DNA of 42,429 nucleotides, taken from an uncultured Fibrobacterales bacterium (GTDB taxonomy: Bacteria; Fibrobacterota; Fibrobacteria; Fibrobacterales; CAWVXU01). How positions within the stretch are numbered: position 1 is the first letter of the stretch; each line of letters starts with the position of its first letter. A program made the position numbers and the translations under genes. Location: NCBI GenBank assembly GCA_963934255.1, contig CAWVXU010000013.1, positions 1-42,429 of the forward strand. The letters run 5' to 3'. Shown here one piece after another: positions 19,917 through 30,120 of this stretch. The notes beneath the pieces are model-generated. The model worked only from the letters and a program-made list of their open reading frames with translations. It did no database searches and was not told the origin of the DNA.

Positions 19917-20378
19917 ATGAATATCAAAGAAGTTAAACAACTGATTGATTATGTAAACAAGTCTGACCTTACAGAAGTGAAATGGCAACTTGACAACGAA
20001 ACGATTACGATTAAAAAACAAAAAGAGATCGTAATGGGGGCGGGTGTACCTATGCAGCAAATGGCTCAAGCCGCTATGCCCACAGCGATGCCCAACATAG
20101 GGGGAGCTCTCTCTGTGCCTGCATTAGAAGAGCCTGCAGATAACTTTAAAACTGTGACCTCACCAATGGTTGGAACCTATTATTCTTCTCCATCGCCAGA
20201 TTCAGATGATTTTGTTAAGGAAGGTGATATGATTTCAAATGGTCAGACTCTTTGTATTGTTGAAGCAATGAAATTGATGAATGAAATTGAGTCAGATATT
20301 TCTGGTAAAATTGTTGAGATTTGTGTTGAAGATGGCTCACCCGTTGAATTTGGAACAATATTGTTTAAAGTTCAGTAA
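19917..20378 (+). CDS. accB: Acetyl-CoA carboxylase biotin carboxyl carrier protein
   Basis: SPMVGTYY and the EAMKLMNEIE biotinylation motif. Confidence 0.98.
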   Translation: MNIKEVKQLIDYVNKSDLTEVKWQLDNETITIKKQKEIVMGAGVPMQQMAQAAMPTAMPNIGGALSVPALEEPADNFKTVTSPMVGTYYSSPSPDSDDFVKEGDMISNGQTLCIVEAMKLMNEIESDISGKIVEICVEDGSPVEFGTILFKVQ

Positions 20379-20380
20379 GG

Positions 20381-21478
20381 TTGGATATGAAAATTGAGCA
20401 ACTCTTAAGGACCATGGTGAATGAAGGAGCATCTGACTTACATATAAAAGTTGGGACTTTTCCATCATTTAGAGTCAATGGTGATTTAGAAAAATTATTA
20501 AAAGATAAAGTCTCTCCAGAAATGATGGATGACTTTTTAAATGATATTATGAATCGCGCTCAGAGAACTCAATTTGAAGAAACCAAAGAACTAGATTTTG
20601 CTGTTGGTGCAAGAGATATGGGCCGATTCCGTATCAATGTTTTTAGGCAACGTGGAACAGTCGCAATGGTGATAAGACATATTTCAGGTGTAATTCCGAA
20701 GTTTGAGGATTTAAAATTACCTAAAATTTTGTTGGATTTATCACTCAAAAAACGAGGGCTTATCCTAGTGACTGGCACTACTGGTTCAGGGAAATCTACT
20801 GCTCTTGCTTCAATGATTGACCATATTAACGAGCGGTTATCTGACCATATTATCACGATCGAAGATCCAATTGAGTTTGTCCACAAGGATAAAAAGTCGA
20901 TTATTTCGCAACGTGAAATCGGTCAAGATACTGATAGTTATGCAAAAGCACTTCGAGCTTCAATGCGTCAAGATCCTGATGCAATTTTGGTAGGTGAGAT
21001 TCGCGACCTTGAGACGATGTCTATTGCTTTGACTGCAGCCGATACAGGGCATATGGTCTTTAGCACTATTCACACTACCAATGCCAAAGAAACAATTTCA
21101 CGTATATTGGCAATGTACCCACCTCATCAGCATGATGAAGTACGACATGCGCTTGCTGGTAGTCTTGTTGCCGTTATTTCTTTAAGATTATTACCTACTA
21201 AAGATGGGATTGGTCGGGTTCCTGCAGCAGAAATCATGGTGAATACAGCCACTGTAAAAGAATACTTAGTTGATATGGATAAATCCGATATGATTGAGCA
21301 AGCTATTTCAGAGGGCTCATCCCACTATGGTTCTCAAACCTTTGACCAGGCTATATTTAAATTATTTAAAAACGATCAAATTTCCTATGATGTAGCATAT
21401 AGAAATGCTAGTAAACCAGATGATTTTGATTTGAAAGTTCGTGGCGTAGAAAGTGCTTCGGACAGAAGTTGGATGTAA
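20381..21478 (+). CDS. PilT/PilU-family type IV pilus retraction ATPase
   Basis: [14 protein letters not shown], Walker [42 protein letters not shown]is box, QTFDQ. Confidence 0.95.
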   Translation: MDMKIEQLLRTMVNEGASDLHIKVGTFPSFRVNGDLEKLLKDKVSPEMMDDFLNDIMNRAQRTQFEETKELDFAVGARDMGRFRINVFRQRGTVAMVIRHISGVIPKFEDLKLPKILLDLSLKKRGLILVTGTTGSGKSTALASMIDHINERLSDHIITIEDPIEFVHKDKKSIISQREIGQDTDSYAKALRASMRQDPDAILVGEIRDLETMSIALTAADTGHMVFSTIHTTNAKETISRILAMYPPHQHDEVRHALAGSLVAVISLRLLPTKDGIGRVPAAEIMVNTATVKEYLVDMDKSDMIEQAISEGSSHYGSQTFDQAIFKLFKNDQISYDVAYRNASKPDDFDLKVRGVESASDRSWM

Positions 21479-21479
21479 A

Positions 21480-22829
21480 ATGAAAAAAGTATTAATTGCT
21501 AATCGTGGCGAAATTGCTCTACGTATAATTAGAGCTTGTAAAGAGCTTGGCATAAAAACAGTCGCGGTTCATTCAACCGCTGATGACAATTCACTTCATG
21601 TTAAATTTGCTGACGAAGATGTTTGTATTGGTCCACCACAACCAGCGCAAAGCTATCTTAATATCAAACAAATTCTAGCTGCTGCTGAAATTACAAATGC
21701 AGACGGTATCCATCCGGGGTATGGTTTTTTAGCTGAAAATGCTCATTTTGCCGAAGTATGTGCCGAAAACGATATTGAGTTCATTGGCCCTGCACCATCT
21801 GCTATTCAAAACTTAGGAGATAAAGCTTTTGCTAAGAATGCGATGAATAAAGCAGGAGTACCTTGTATTCCTGATTCAGAAGGTGTTTTAACAGACCTTG
21901 AACATGCAATTATAAAGGGTGCTGAAATTGGCTACCCTGTAATTGTTAAGGCCGTGGCTGGTGGCGGTGGTCGCGGAATGAGAATTTGTACTGACCTTGA
22001 AGATTTGAAAAAACAATTCCCTATAGCATCAACTGAGGCAGAAGTTTGCTTTGGCAATAGCAAGCTCTATATGGAAAAATACTTTACTAATCCACGTCAT
22101 ATTGAAATCCAATTAATGGCTGATAAACACGGCAATTGTATCTATTTAGGCGAACGAGATTGTTCAGTTCAGCGCAGACACCAAAAACTTATTGAAGAAT
22201 CTCCATCTCCTGCAATGACCGATGCCATAAGACTTCAATTAGGTCAAGATGCAGTTAAAGGGGCTCTTGCGGTTAATTATCATTCTGCGGGAACAATGGA
22301 ATTTCTCTATGAAGATGATAAATGTTATTTCATGGAAATGAATACAAGAATTCAAGTAGAACATCCTGTGACTGAAATGGTGACGGGTGTTGACCTTATA
22401 CAAGAAATGCTCAAAGTTGCTAATGGTGAGGTTCTAAGTATCAAACAAGAAGATGTTGTCATAAATGGCCATTCTATTGAATGTAGAATTAACGCTGAGG
22501 ACCCCGCAAGAGACTTTGCTCCAAGTCCTGGTATAATTACGGCCTTTAATGTGCCAGGAGGCCCGGGAGTCCGGATTGATACACATTGTTATAATGGATA
22601 TATGATTCCCCCTTATTATGATTCAATGATCGCCAAGATTATCGTGCATGCACCTACGAGAAAAAAAGCACTTGCTAGAATGCTTAGAGCATTAGATGAA
22701 TTCATTATTGAAGGAGTTAAAACAACAATTCCTTTACATAAACGTGTTCTAAATCACCCTAAATTTGTCGAAGGTGATTTTACTACTAAATTCTTGGAAG
22801 AGTATCCAGAAATCTTAGAAGATCTATAA
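21480..22829 (+). CDS. accC: Acetyl-CoA carboxylase biotin carboxylase
   Basis: [58 protein letters not shown]. Confidence 0.98.
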   Translation: MKKVLIANRGEIALRIIRACKELGIKTVAVHSTADDNSLHVKFADEDVCIGPPQPAQSYLNIKQILAAAEITNADGIHPGYGFLAENAHFAEVCAENDIEFIGPAPSAIQNLGDKAFAKNAMNKAGVPCIPDSEGVLTDLEHAIIKGAEIGYPVIVKAVAGGGGRGMRICTDLEDLKKQFPIASTEAEVCFGNSKLYMEKYFTNPRHIEIQLMADKHGNCIYLGERDCSVQRRHQKLIEESPSPAMTDAIRLQLGQDAVKGALAVNYHSAGTMEFLYEDDKCYFMEMNTRIQVEHPVTEMVTGVDLIQEMLKVANGEVLSIKQEDVVINGHSIECRINAEDPARDFAPSPGIITAFNVPGGPGVRIDTHCYNGYMIPPYYDSMIAKIIVHAPTRKKALARMLRALDEFIIEGVKTTIPLHKRVLNHPKFVEGDFTTKFLEEYPEILEDL

Positions 22830-22842
22830 AAGGGGAGGTGTC

Positions 22843-23517
22843 ATGCCTAGTATTATATTGTGTTTGTTTTTTAGCTCGATTCTTTGGGCCGGACCCAAAA
22901 TAGGTAAAATATCTTATGTAGAAGGAGTAGCACAAATTATAGCCAGTGGTAAAACGAAAGCAGTTAAAGTTAATATGGTGTTGAAACAGGGCTATACCAT
23001 TGTAACACAGTCAGATTCTCGAGTTGAAGTCACATATAGTAATGGAGACATTATCCGAATTGATAAGAACTCTTCGATAACTTTAGAAGGTTCGGCAACA
23101 CAAGGGAAGCCCAGATTAAAAAAGGGTGACCTTTGGTCAAATATTAAGAAGCTGAGTAAAGGTAAATCTGGTTTCCAGGTTCAAACACCTACAGCTACTG
23201 CTGCTGTGCGTGGTACGATATTTCAGGTACAAGTGCGAGATAGCTCATCCACAGTGAAATTGTTCGAAGGAAAAGTTGATGTTGGTCCGCCAGGAAAAAA
23301 AGAAAAGACTGCGAGTGCATGGGGGCCACCAGTGGAGGTTTCTGGGCCTTCAGAAGTGACTCTTGATTCATGGTTGTCACTTGACCCAGGTCAAATGATT
23401 CATGTCAATTTGGATGGAACATACCTATCTGAGTCCTTTGACGAAGCTGCAGCTATAGACCAATCAAGTTGGGAAAAGTTCAATAAAGCTAGAGACAAAG
23501 AATTGCTAAAAAAATAA
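22843..23517 (+). CDS. Exported FecR-domain protein
   Basis: Signal peptide; TIVTQSDSRVEV and FQVQTPTATAAVRGTIF FecR-type beta motifs; SD GGAGG upstream. Confidence 0.8.
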   Translation: MPSIILCLFFSSILWAGPKIGKISYVEGVAQIIASGKTKAVKVNMVLKQGYTIVTQSDSRVEVTYSNGDIIRIDKNSSITLEGSATQGKPRLKKGDLWSNIKKLSKGKSGFQVQTPTATAAVRGTIFQVQVRDSSSTVKLFEGKVDVGPPGKKEKTASAWGPPVEVSGPSEVTLDSWLSLDPGQMIHVNLDGTYLSESFDEAAAIDQSSWEKFNKARDKELLKK

Positions 23518-23529
23518 ATCATGATTTAG

Positions 23530-23563
23530 AAAACGGTCATACGTCGAATGTATGACCGTTTTT
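23530..23563. terminator. Bidirectional intrinsic terminator
   Basis: AAAACGGTCATAC-gtcgaat-GTATGACCGTTTTT between the convergent FecR and rimO genes. Confidence 0.85.
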
Positions 23564-23599
23564 ATTTAGCAAAGTTATTTTGAATAAACAAGGATTAAG

Positions 23600-24910
23600 T
23601 TAATCAATAATCTTGGCTTCTAAATCATATTCAGATGCACTGAGTATTTTAACCTTCCTGAATTCACCAGGAGTCGCATCACCTTCTAAAATACAAACAC
23701 GATTATCTACCTCAGGAGCGTCCCATTGAGTTCTTGCATAAAAATGGTAGTCAGAGCCTTCAGCTTCTGAATCAATTAAAACTTCAATTTCTTCACCAAT
23801 TAATGATTCATTTCGGTCAAGACTAATGGCCGCTTGAGTGTTCATGATTCTAGAAATCCTATCTTGAATTACATCTTCTTCAATAAGATCTTCTACAGGG
23901 AAGGCTTCTGCTGCGTGAGTACCTTCTTCATCAGAATATGGGAAGCAACCTAAACGATCAAATTTGATTTCTTCAATTAAGTCATGTAATATATCAACGT
24001 CTTCATTTGTTTCGCTAGGGAAACCAAGGAGTAGCGTCGTTCTTAGGGCAATTCCTGGCACATTGTCACGCAATGAAAGAAGTAATTTCCGAAGTGACTC
24101 TTGAGTATGACCCCGTCTCATCTTCTTTAACATATTGTTAGAGGCGTGTTGAATGGGCATATCTAAGTAACTACATATCCTTGGTTCATTTGCCATCAAG
24201 TCCATAAGGTCGTCATTAATGAACGCAGGGTAGGCGTACATCATTCTTATCCAAGGTAAGTCGGTTTCACTTAAAAGACCCTTGAGGAGCTCAGGTAAGT
24301 TGGACCCGGGACCATTTTTTTCACGGCCATAAAAGGTGAGGTCTTGAGCAATAAGTGAAATTTCTTGAATACCCTGGCTTTGTAGACCTTGCGCTTCAGT
24401 AATAATGTCGCTATAAGTTCTTGATACTTGTTTGCCTCTCATCCCTGGGATGGCACAAAAACTACAGGTTCTATTGCAACCTTCTGCTACCTTTAGGTAA
24501 GCATGAAAACTTTCCTCCCCCAGTAAGACACGTTTACTCGGGAGTTCACATGCTTCACTAGCGCTCACTAAACCGAGTGATTGAATGATTTCAGCCGGCT
24601 TATAAGTTCCTACCATAAGATCAATTTCTGGAATCTCGTTTTGGAGAACTTCTCGATATCGCTCTGATAGACATCCCGCTACGACAAGCTTTTGATGCCT
24701 TTCTTTATGATCAATGAGATTTAAAATTTCGTCAATAGATTCTTGTTTTGCGTCCTCAATAAAACCACATGTATTGACTACAAGTATATCTGATTCTTCG
24801 CTAGTTTCGGTATAGCTAATCCCTGCTTGGCTAAACTCGCCTAAGATGTTTTCTGAATCAACTTGGTTTTTTGAACAACCCAAGTTAAGTAAATGAACCT
24901 TTTTTGACAT
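23600..24910 (-). CDS. rimO: Ribosomal protein S12 methylthiotransferase RimO
   Basis: LGCSKNQVDSE, NTCGFIEDAKQESI, AYLKVAEGCNRTCSFCAIP, WIRMMYAYP, DAPEVD. Confidence 0.97.
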   Translation of the reverse strand: MSKKVHLLNLGCSKNQVDSENILGEFSQAGISYTETSEESDILVVNTCGFIEDAKQESIDEILNLIDHKERHQKLVVAGCLSERYREVLQNEIPEIDLMVGTYKPAEIIQSLGLVSASEACELPSKRVLLGEESFHAYLKVAEGCNRTCSFCAIPGMRGKQVSRTYSDIITEAQGLQSQGIQEISLIAQDLTFYGREKNGPGSNLPELLKGLLSETDLPWIRMMYAYPAFINDDLMDLMANEPRICSYLDMPIQHASNNMLKKMRRGHTQESLRKLLLSLRDNVPGIALRTTLLLGFPSETNEDVDILHDLIEEIKFDRLGCFPYSDEEGTHAAEAFPVEDLIEEDVIQDRISRIMNTQAAISLDRNESLIGEEIEVLIDSEAEGSDYHFYARTQWDAPEVDNRVCILEGDATPGEFRKVKILSASEYDLEAKIID

Positions 24911-24958
24911 AAATTCCTCCGAAGTACAATAGTAAGAGTAATCTGATATGATTCCAAC

Positions 24959-24985
24959 AAAAAAGGCTCTACTTAGTGTAGAGCC
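24959..24985 (-). terminator. Intrinsic terminator after the SPOR gene
   Basis: GGCTCTAC-ttagt-GTAGAGCC stem; the preceding A-run gives a U-tail on the minus strand. Confidence 0.7.
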
Positions 24986-25010
24986 CGCAATTTTTTACAA
25001 TTGAAGCGGA

Positions 25011-25883
25011 TTAATTCCAGCCATCATCATCCCAGTCGGAAGCCGAAGGAGCAACATTTGCAGGAGCCCAATCATCACCTTTAAGTTCAGAGCTAGCTTC
25101 TTTTAGTCCCTCGCCAGTTGAAACTTTAGCTTTTTGTGCTATCGCAGCAGGTACTGTCGCAGCAGGTACTGTCGATACTGCAGCAGGCCCAGGTGCAGAG
25201 ACCTGCGGTGTTACGATGGGACCTTTAGGGGATTCTTTATTAATTTCTTGGTTTTTATCTTGTTCTACGGTTGGTGGTTTAATTTCTTCTTTTTCAGTCT
25301 CTACAAGGTTAGACTCTTCAGATTCGTTGATAAAGGATGCCGTTGTGTATTCTTCACCATTATCATTTTTCTTTTCTGGCCTGCCAACTTTGTCGTTTGA
25401 TTTATTGTCAATCCAAGAAGGGATGCCTTTTGCCTTCAAAACTCGATGACCATAAATACGAGCATTAGAAAATGCTTTAAAATTACCGATACGAACTCGA
25501 TAATAAGTACCTGGATCAAGTTCTCCGGGGTTTTCTACCTTGACGATGTAAACGCGCTTGTATCCTTGAGCGAGTAGCTTGTTACGTAATTTCTTGGCTT
25601 GAGCTTTTTCAGGGGATATTCCCACCTGAAGAACGTAGGAACCCGATTTACCGGGTTGTACTATGTTGCTTTGGTCTAGAGAGTGTGACTTTTTATCCAA
25701 GGAGATTGGTTTTTTGTCAGTTGTTGTGTCCATTTTTTTGAACTTGGACACTTTCTTTTCAACTGGAGCCTTAGGCTTTTGAACCTTTGGTGGTGGAGGT
25801 GGTGTTTCCTCTTCTTCGCATCCAATGAATCCTAGACCGAAAACGGATATGGTTAATAACGTAAATAAAGATTTTTTAAGCAT
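25011..25883 (-). CDS. SPOR-domain lipoprotein
   Basis: MLKKSLF...GFIGC lipobox, Pro-rich linker, YVLQVG...AKKLRNKL...YYRVRIGNF SPOR motif, disordered C-terminus. Start placed at ATG 25883. Confidence 0.85.
   Translation of the reverse strand: MLKKSLFTLLTISVFGLGFIGCEEEETPPPPPKVQKPKAPVEKKVSKFKKMDTTTDKKPISLDKKSHSLDQSNIVQPGKSGSYVLQVGISPEKAQAKKLRNKLLAQGYKRVYIVKVENPGELDPGTYYRVRIGNFKAFSNARIYGHRVLKAKGIPSWIDNKSNDKVGRPEKKNDNGEEYTTASFINESEESNLVETEKEEIKPPTVEQDKNQEINKESPKGPIVTPQVSAPGPAAVSTVPAATVPAAIAQKAKVSTGEGLKEASSELKGDDWAPANVAPSASDWDDDGWN
25142..25174. repeat. 15-bp in-frame tandem repeat (about 2.2 copies) in the SPOR gene
   Basis: TCGCAGCAGGTACTG x2 + TCG, encoding TVPAATVPAA. Confidence 0.9.
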
Positions 25884-26109
25884 TGTGTAAACCCCTTGGA
25901 ACACTTTCTATAAAAGTTATATAAGCTCTTGATATTATTCAACTTAGAAACATAAAAATCAATAGGAATTGTAATAAAAAAAATTAAACGGTGAAAAGTG
26001 GACCGTTTTATGGAAATTATCTGTGAGATTCTAAAACATTTAATGACATTTGACTTTCAATTTACTAATCTTGAGTTAATTCAATTTAACCGAAAGTCGG
26101 GTAATAATA

Positions 26110-26319
26110 GTGATTGGTGTTACCGTACGCAGTAATGAGCCATTTGAACGTGCTCTGAAACGTTTTATCAAAAGTTGTGAAAAAAATGGGATCATCTCTG
26201 ATGTGAAAAATCGTCAAAGATTTGAAAAACCAACTGAAACGAAAAAACGTTTGAAAACTGCAACGAAGCGCAAACGCTTAAAAGAGTTAGCTGAAGCTAG
26301 ACGTAAAAAGCTTTACTAA
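26110..26319 (+). CDS. rpsU: 30S ribosomal protein S21
   Basis: EPFERALKRF and RQRFEKPT motifs; basic 69 aa protein; GTG start. Confidence 0.96.
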   Translation: MIGVTVRSNEPFERALKRFIKSCEKNGIISDVKNRQRFEKPTETKKRLKTATKRKRLKELAEARRKKLY

Positions 26320-26347
26320 ATTTTAAGACAATTATATTATCGATTTT

Positions 26348-26379
26348 AAAAAAGCTACTTCGTTTGAAGTAGCTTTTTT
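26348..26379. terminator. Bidirectional intrinsic terminator
   Basis: AAAAAAGCTACTTC-gttt-GAAGTAGCTTTTTT. Confidence 0.88.
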
Positions 26380-26442
26380 ATTGGTTTCAACAAGATTGTA
26401 AAATTCTAATTCATAAAAACTAATGATTCAATAAAACTATGA

Positions 26443-27360
26443 TTAGATTTCATTAATTAATACCGGCTTATAAGTTGTAGGCGGTTCATCTGAGTAGTTC
26501 AGTATGATACATTCACATTGAACTCCGCGTTCGACATTGACAATGAGTCGATCAACGTATTGGCGAGCTATAAATAATCCTCGGCCATGACTATCAAATA
26601 TCCCTTGAGGAAGTCCGTTAGTTCCTGGGGTTAATTGTCTATCTAACCAATATAAAATAGTCTTCTGGTCAAGTTTCCCACCGTGGTCAAGTATTGAAAA
26701 GCCTGTTTTAAGGGAGTCGCGGCCATGGCAGACTTTTATTGCTTGGTGTAACGGTAAGATGAAGTCTTTATCCCAATCAGCTTTGTTTTCGGCATTTTCA
26801 TTTTTTGCACCATAAAAAAGAGCATTTGTCAGAAGCTCTAACAATACTGTATTTAGCTTTCTAGCATTTTTTTCTTGGCCATAGATATCAGTTAATTTTT
26901 TTGATAATTTATCAATTTGGTCAGGAGTTCGAATCATGTCACACACAATTGTTGTGTCAGGCTCCATATATTGTTTTAATCCAAATATTTTTCGACTTAA
27001 TAACTGCTCACAAACAAGTATAAGCTCGCTTGTGTTAAATGGTAGCCCTTTAGTGACAATGTTTCCAATGTTATGTTCTTGGACTAAGCTCATGTAGTCA
27101 TCGACATTGTAAGCTGTCATGATGATTCGATGCATTTTTGGGAACTTTTCTTTCACTTTACCTAAAAACTCAAAGCCATTCATAAATGGCATATTGATAT
27201 CAGAAATGACTAAATCAAAGGTGTCTTGATCTAGAGCTTCAAGCCCGCGCAGTCCATCTTGGACGGCTGTTACTTCATAACCCTCATTTTCCATGACATT
27301 GACTAATAGAAATTGCAAGGCTACATCGTCTTCGGCTATTAATATTTTCTGTTTTTTCAT
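26443..27360 (-). CDS. Response regulator: receiver domain fused to a HATPase_c (RsbW-like) domain
   Basis: ILIAEDD, ISDINMPFMNG, MTAY, VTK receiver motifs; LELLTNALFYG (N-box), DHGG (G1), HGRGLFIARQYVD (G2). Confidence 0.85.
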   Translation of the reverse strand: MKKQKILIAEDDVALQFLLVNVMENEGYEVTAVQDGLRGLEALDQDTFDLVISDINMPFMNGFEFLGKVKEKFPKMHRIIMTAYNVDDYMSLVQEHNIGNIVTKGLPFNTSELILVCEQLLSRKIFGLKQYMEPDTTIVCDMIRTPDQIDKLSKKLTDIYGQEKNARKLNTVLLELLTNALFYGAKNENAENKADWDKDFILPLHQAIKVCHGRDSLKTGFSILDHGGKLDQKTILYWLDRQLTPGTNGLPQGIFDSHGRGLFIARQYVDRLIVNVERGVQCECIILNYSDEPPTTYKPVLINEI

Positions 27361-27468
27361 TTCTACCTCTATGCAAAAGGTAGGCAATTTTACTGATATA
27401 TGAACGAATTAGCTTCACTAATGGTGACGGGTTTTTTTAAATTATACACATATAGATTTGGGGTAAAT

Positions 27469-30108
27469 ATGAATAAATGGATGAAAATTGGGATAGTTTT
27501 GAGTTTGATTGTTATAGGCTCAATGGGGGGCGTTTATGTAATAATTAAAATAAAATATCCGACAGATAAAATAATTAATCTTGCGGAAACCAAATTATCA
27601 TCAATAATTAACCGTAAAGTAAGTGTTGAAGGTGCAGGAGTTTCTTTATTTCCGTTGGGTATTCATCTGTCTGGCGTTAAAATAAAACATCTGAAAAGTC
27701 AAAAATTCAAAACTAAAAGTTTAATGCATTTTGAAAAAGTACAGTTGAATATTGCATTACTGAAAATGTTCACGGGTAGTGTTGAAGTGGGTGCAGTGCA
27801 GATTGACGACCTTAAGGTTAACTTTGAGAAGCTAAAGAATGGAAAGACTAGTTTTGATGAATTAGGTTCTTCCAAAAAAGTTGATAAAAAAGCTAAGACA
27901 GCAAATCAGAATAGCACAACGACATTGCCATTTGATATAGACCTTCAACGTTTTGAATTAAAAAATGCAGCCTTTCAATTTATTGATCATAGAGCAAAAC
28001 TTAAAGTCCAGGCCTTCAATATTGATCAAATGGCATCTCTTCAAGCGAATAAAGATTTGAGTGACATTCGTCTTTTAGGTGATTTGTCAGTTCCGTCTTT
28101 AAAAATTGTTGATTCTAAAAATAATGTTAAGACGGGACGATTGAATTTTGGAGTAAGCCACAGTTTAAGTATTAATTTAAAAGATGAGGTGATGGCTATA
28201 AATAAGCTGGCATTTAGTTTAAATACAATTGAAGTTTTATTAAATGGTGAAGTAGATGGCTTTCTAAAGCCATCCCCGAAGTTAAAATTAAACATTAAGA
28301 GTAACAAAATTTCATTGGCAAATCTTGTAAAAGAAATCCCCAAAGGCTTGCATTCAGAGATTGAAAAAATTTCTACAAAAGGCGGTTTTGATTTTGATAT
28401 TAAAATTAATGGGAAAGTTGTTAATGGGGAGTTACCAAATATATCAGGTAAAATCAGCCTCAATGCAATTGAAATAGGTCACAAAAATGTTCCATCAAAG
28501 TTGTCCGAAGTAAATGCGAAGATTGAATTGAATAATGATGCGGTTAAAATTGAAAAACTTGAATTTAATTTGGCTGGCCAAAAAGGTAAAATTAAACTTG
28601 ATGTGTCTCAGCTGCTCAAGACTCCAAAAATCAACACCCTCGATGTCAGTGCAAATATTAATTTAGGTAAAATTCAATCGTTGGCTGAAAAAGTCATTGT
28701 ATGGCCAGAAGGATTAAATCTTAAAGGTTTCATTGGCGTAAATGTTAAAGCCAAAGGCCTAGTCAATCTTGAGGCGCCTGAGAAATTAAAGCTCAAAGGG
28801 ATGGTGAAGCTTAAAGACATTTCTATCAAAACAGTTGCGCTAAAAAAGTCAGTTAAGATTTCTGGTGAAGTTAAGTTGAATCCAAAAATAATTCTCCCTA
28901 AAATTAAGGTTCTAGTGGCAGGTAGCGATGTAAAAGTTGATCTTAAAATAAAGGACCCTTTAGCTATTATATTCAACAAAAAAAAGAGAGCTAAGAAGAC
29001 TTCTATTGACCTGCTTGTGATTTCAAATAATCTAAATATCGATAAAGTTCTAAATCCACAGGAAGATGCAGGCGCTCAGGAAACAACTCCTGCAGCTGAA
29101 AATCCTGATATCCCTGATGTGAATTTTGATGGAATAATTAAGCTAAAAAATACTGTTTTCAAAAGTATGAAAATGAAAAATTTCAAATTGACTTTAAAGA
29201 TGAGAAATAAAGTTATTGAAACTCAAATGAATGCAAATCTTTATGGTGGCACTATCCAACAACAAAGTACATCCAATTTTAAGAACAAAAAGAATGCAAA
29301 AATAGTATCAAAAATAAAATTATCAAAAGTAGAGATTAGCGGTTTAATAAATGATTTTAACAATAATTTAAAAGGCAATTCTTCACTGGAAAAAGGTATG
29401 AGAAACCTGGATAACAGTGTGTTTGGAAAAGTCAGTTTAGATATGGACATGAAAACAACTGGATCACCGATTTCGTTTTTTGATAACACCCAAGCAAACA
29501 TCAGTAGTGTGATAAAAAATGGAAAGCTTAAAAACGGTCCTTTAGTTTCGTCTTATAACTCAAGTGTAAATTCACTTTCTAAGGTCGGACTCAAACAAAA
29601 AACAAAATCAAAATCCGGAATTAGTTTTTCAAAGTTGGTTTCTAAAATAAAATTATCTAAAGGAAATTTATTTATTGAAAGTATGGACCTGAGTGAAACG
29701 CCATTAGGTAATCTTTCGGTAAAAGGTAAAGTGGGTCTTGATGGTATATTGAATTTAAGTTTTGAAAACCTACTTAATAAAAATTTGAGTCAGCAAGTAT
29801 TGAAAAAGCCAGGCGCAAATTTTGTAGTGCCTGTTAAAAACGGTAAAGCATTGGTGTACATGTCCCTTAGTGGTTCAATCAAACAGCCAAAGTATTCGGT
29901 TGACTTTAAAAAAATGGCAAATCAAGCGGGTGGGATATCTTCTTTAAAAAATAGCGTTGGAGGTTACTCTAAATCAGCAACAAAGAAATTGAATAACAAA
30001 TTGAATTCTGAAAAGAAAAAGTTAAACAATAGAGCACAAAAACGAAAAAATAAAGCAAAGAAAAAACTGAAGAATAACGCGAAACAATCCTTGAATAAAT
30101 TTTTATAG
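27469..30108 (+). CDS. AsmA-family (AsmA-like clan) envelope protein
   Basis: N-terminal TM anchor, INRKVSVEG..VSLFPLGIHL AsmA N-terminal pattern, repeated beta segments (NLYGG), C-terminal LSGSIKQPKYSVD; Lys-rich. Confidence 0.8.
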   Translation: MNKWMKIGIVLSLIVIGSMGGVYVIIKIKYPTDKIINLAETKLSSIINRKVSVEGAGVSLFPLGIHLSGVKIKHLKSQKFKTKSLMHFEKVQLNIALLKMFTGSVEVGAVQIDDLKVNFEKLKNGKTSFDELGSSKKVDKKAKTANQNSTTTLPFDIDLQRFELKNAAFQFIDHRAKLKVQAFNIDQMASLQANKDLSDIRLLGDLSVPSLKIVDSKNNVKTGRLNFGVSHSLSINLKDEVMAINKLAFSLNTIEVLLNGEVDGFLKPSPKLKLNIKSNKISLANLVKEIPKGLHSEIEKISTKGGFDFDIKINGKVVNGELPNISGKISLNAIEIGHKNVPSKLSEVNAKIELNNDAVKIEKLEFNLAGQKGKIKLDVSQLLKTPKINTLDVSANINLGKIQSLAEKVIVWPEGLNLKGFIGVNVKAKGLVNLEAPEKLKLKGMVKLKDISIKTVALKKSVKISGEVKLNPKIILPKIKVLVAGSDVKVDLKIKDPLAIIFNKKKRAKKTSIDLLVISNNLNIDKVLNPQEDAGAQETTPAAENPDIPDVNFDGIIKLKNTVFKSMKMKNFKLTLKMRNKVIETQMNANLYGGTIQQQSTSNFKNKKNAKIVSKIKLSKVEISGLINDFNNNLKGNSSLEKGMRNLDNSVFGKVSLDMDMKTTGSPISFFDNTQANISSVIKNGKLKNGPLVSSYNSSVNSLSKVGLKQKTKSKSGISFSKLVSKIKLSKGNLFIESMDLSETPLGNLSVKGKVGLDGILNLSFENLLNKNLSQQVLKKPGANFVVPVKNGKALVYMSLSGSIKQPKYSVDFKKMANQAGGISSLKNSVGGYSKSATKKLNNKLNSEKKKLNNRAQKRKNKAKKKLKNNAKQSLNKFL

Positions 30109-30120
30109 AAAGTGAATAAA

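Noticed and set aside
25142..25174. Tandem repeat as a phase-variation switch
   Set aside because: The 15-bp unit is in frame and lies in a disordered linker, so copy changes would not switch expression.
26085..26109. Small hairpin CCGA-AAG-TCGG upstream of rpsU as an autoregulatory element
   Set aside because: A 4-bp stem is too weak to support without comparative data.
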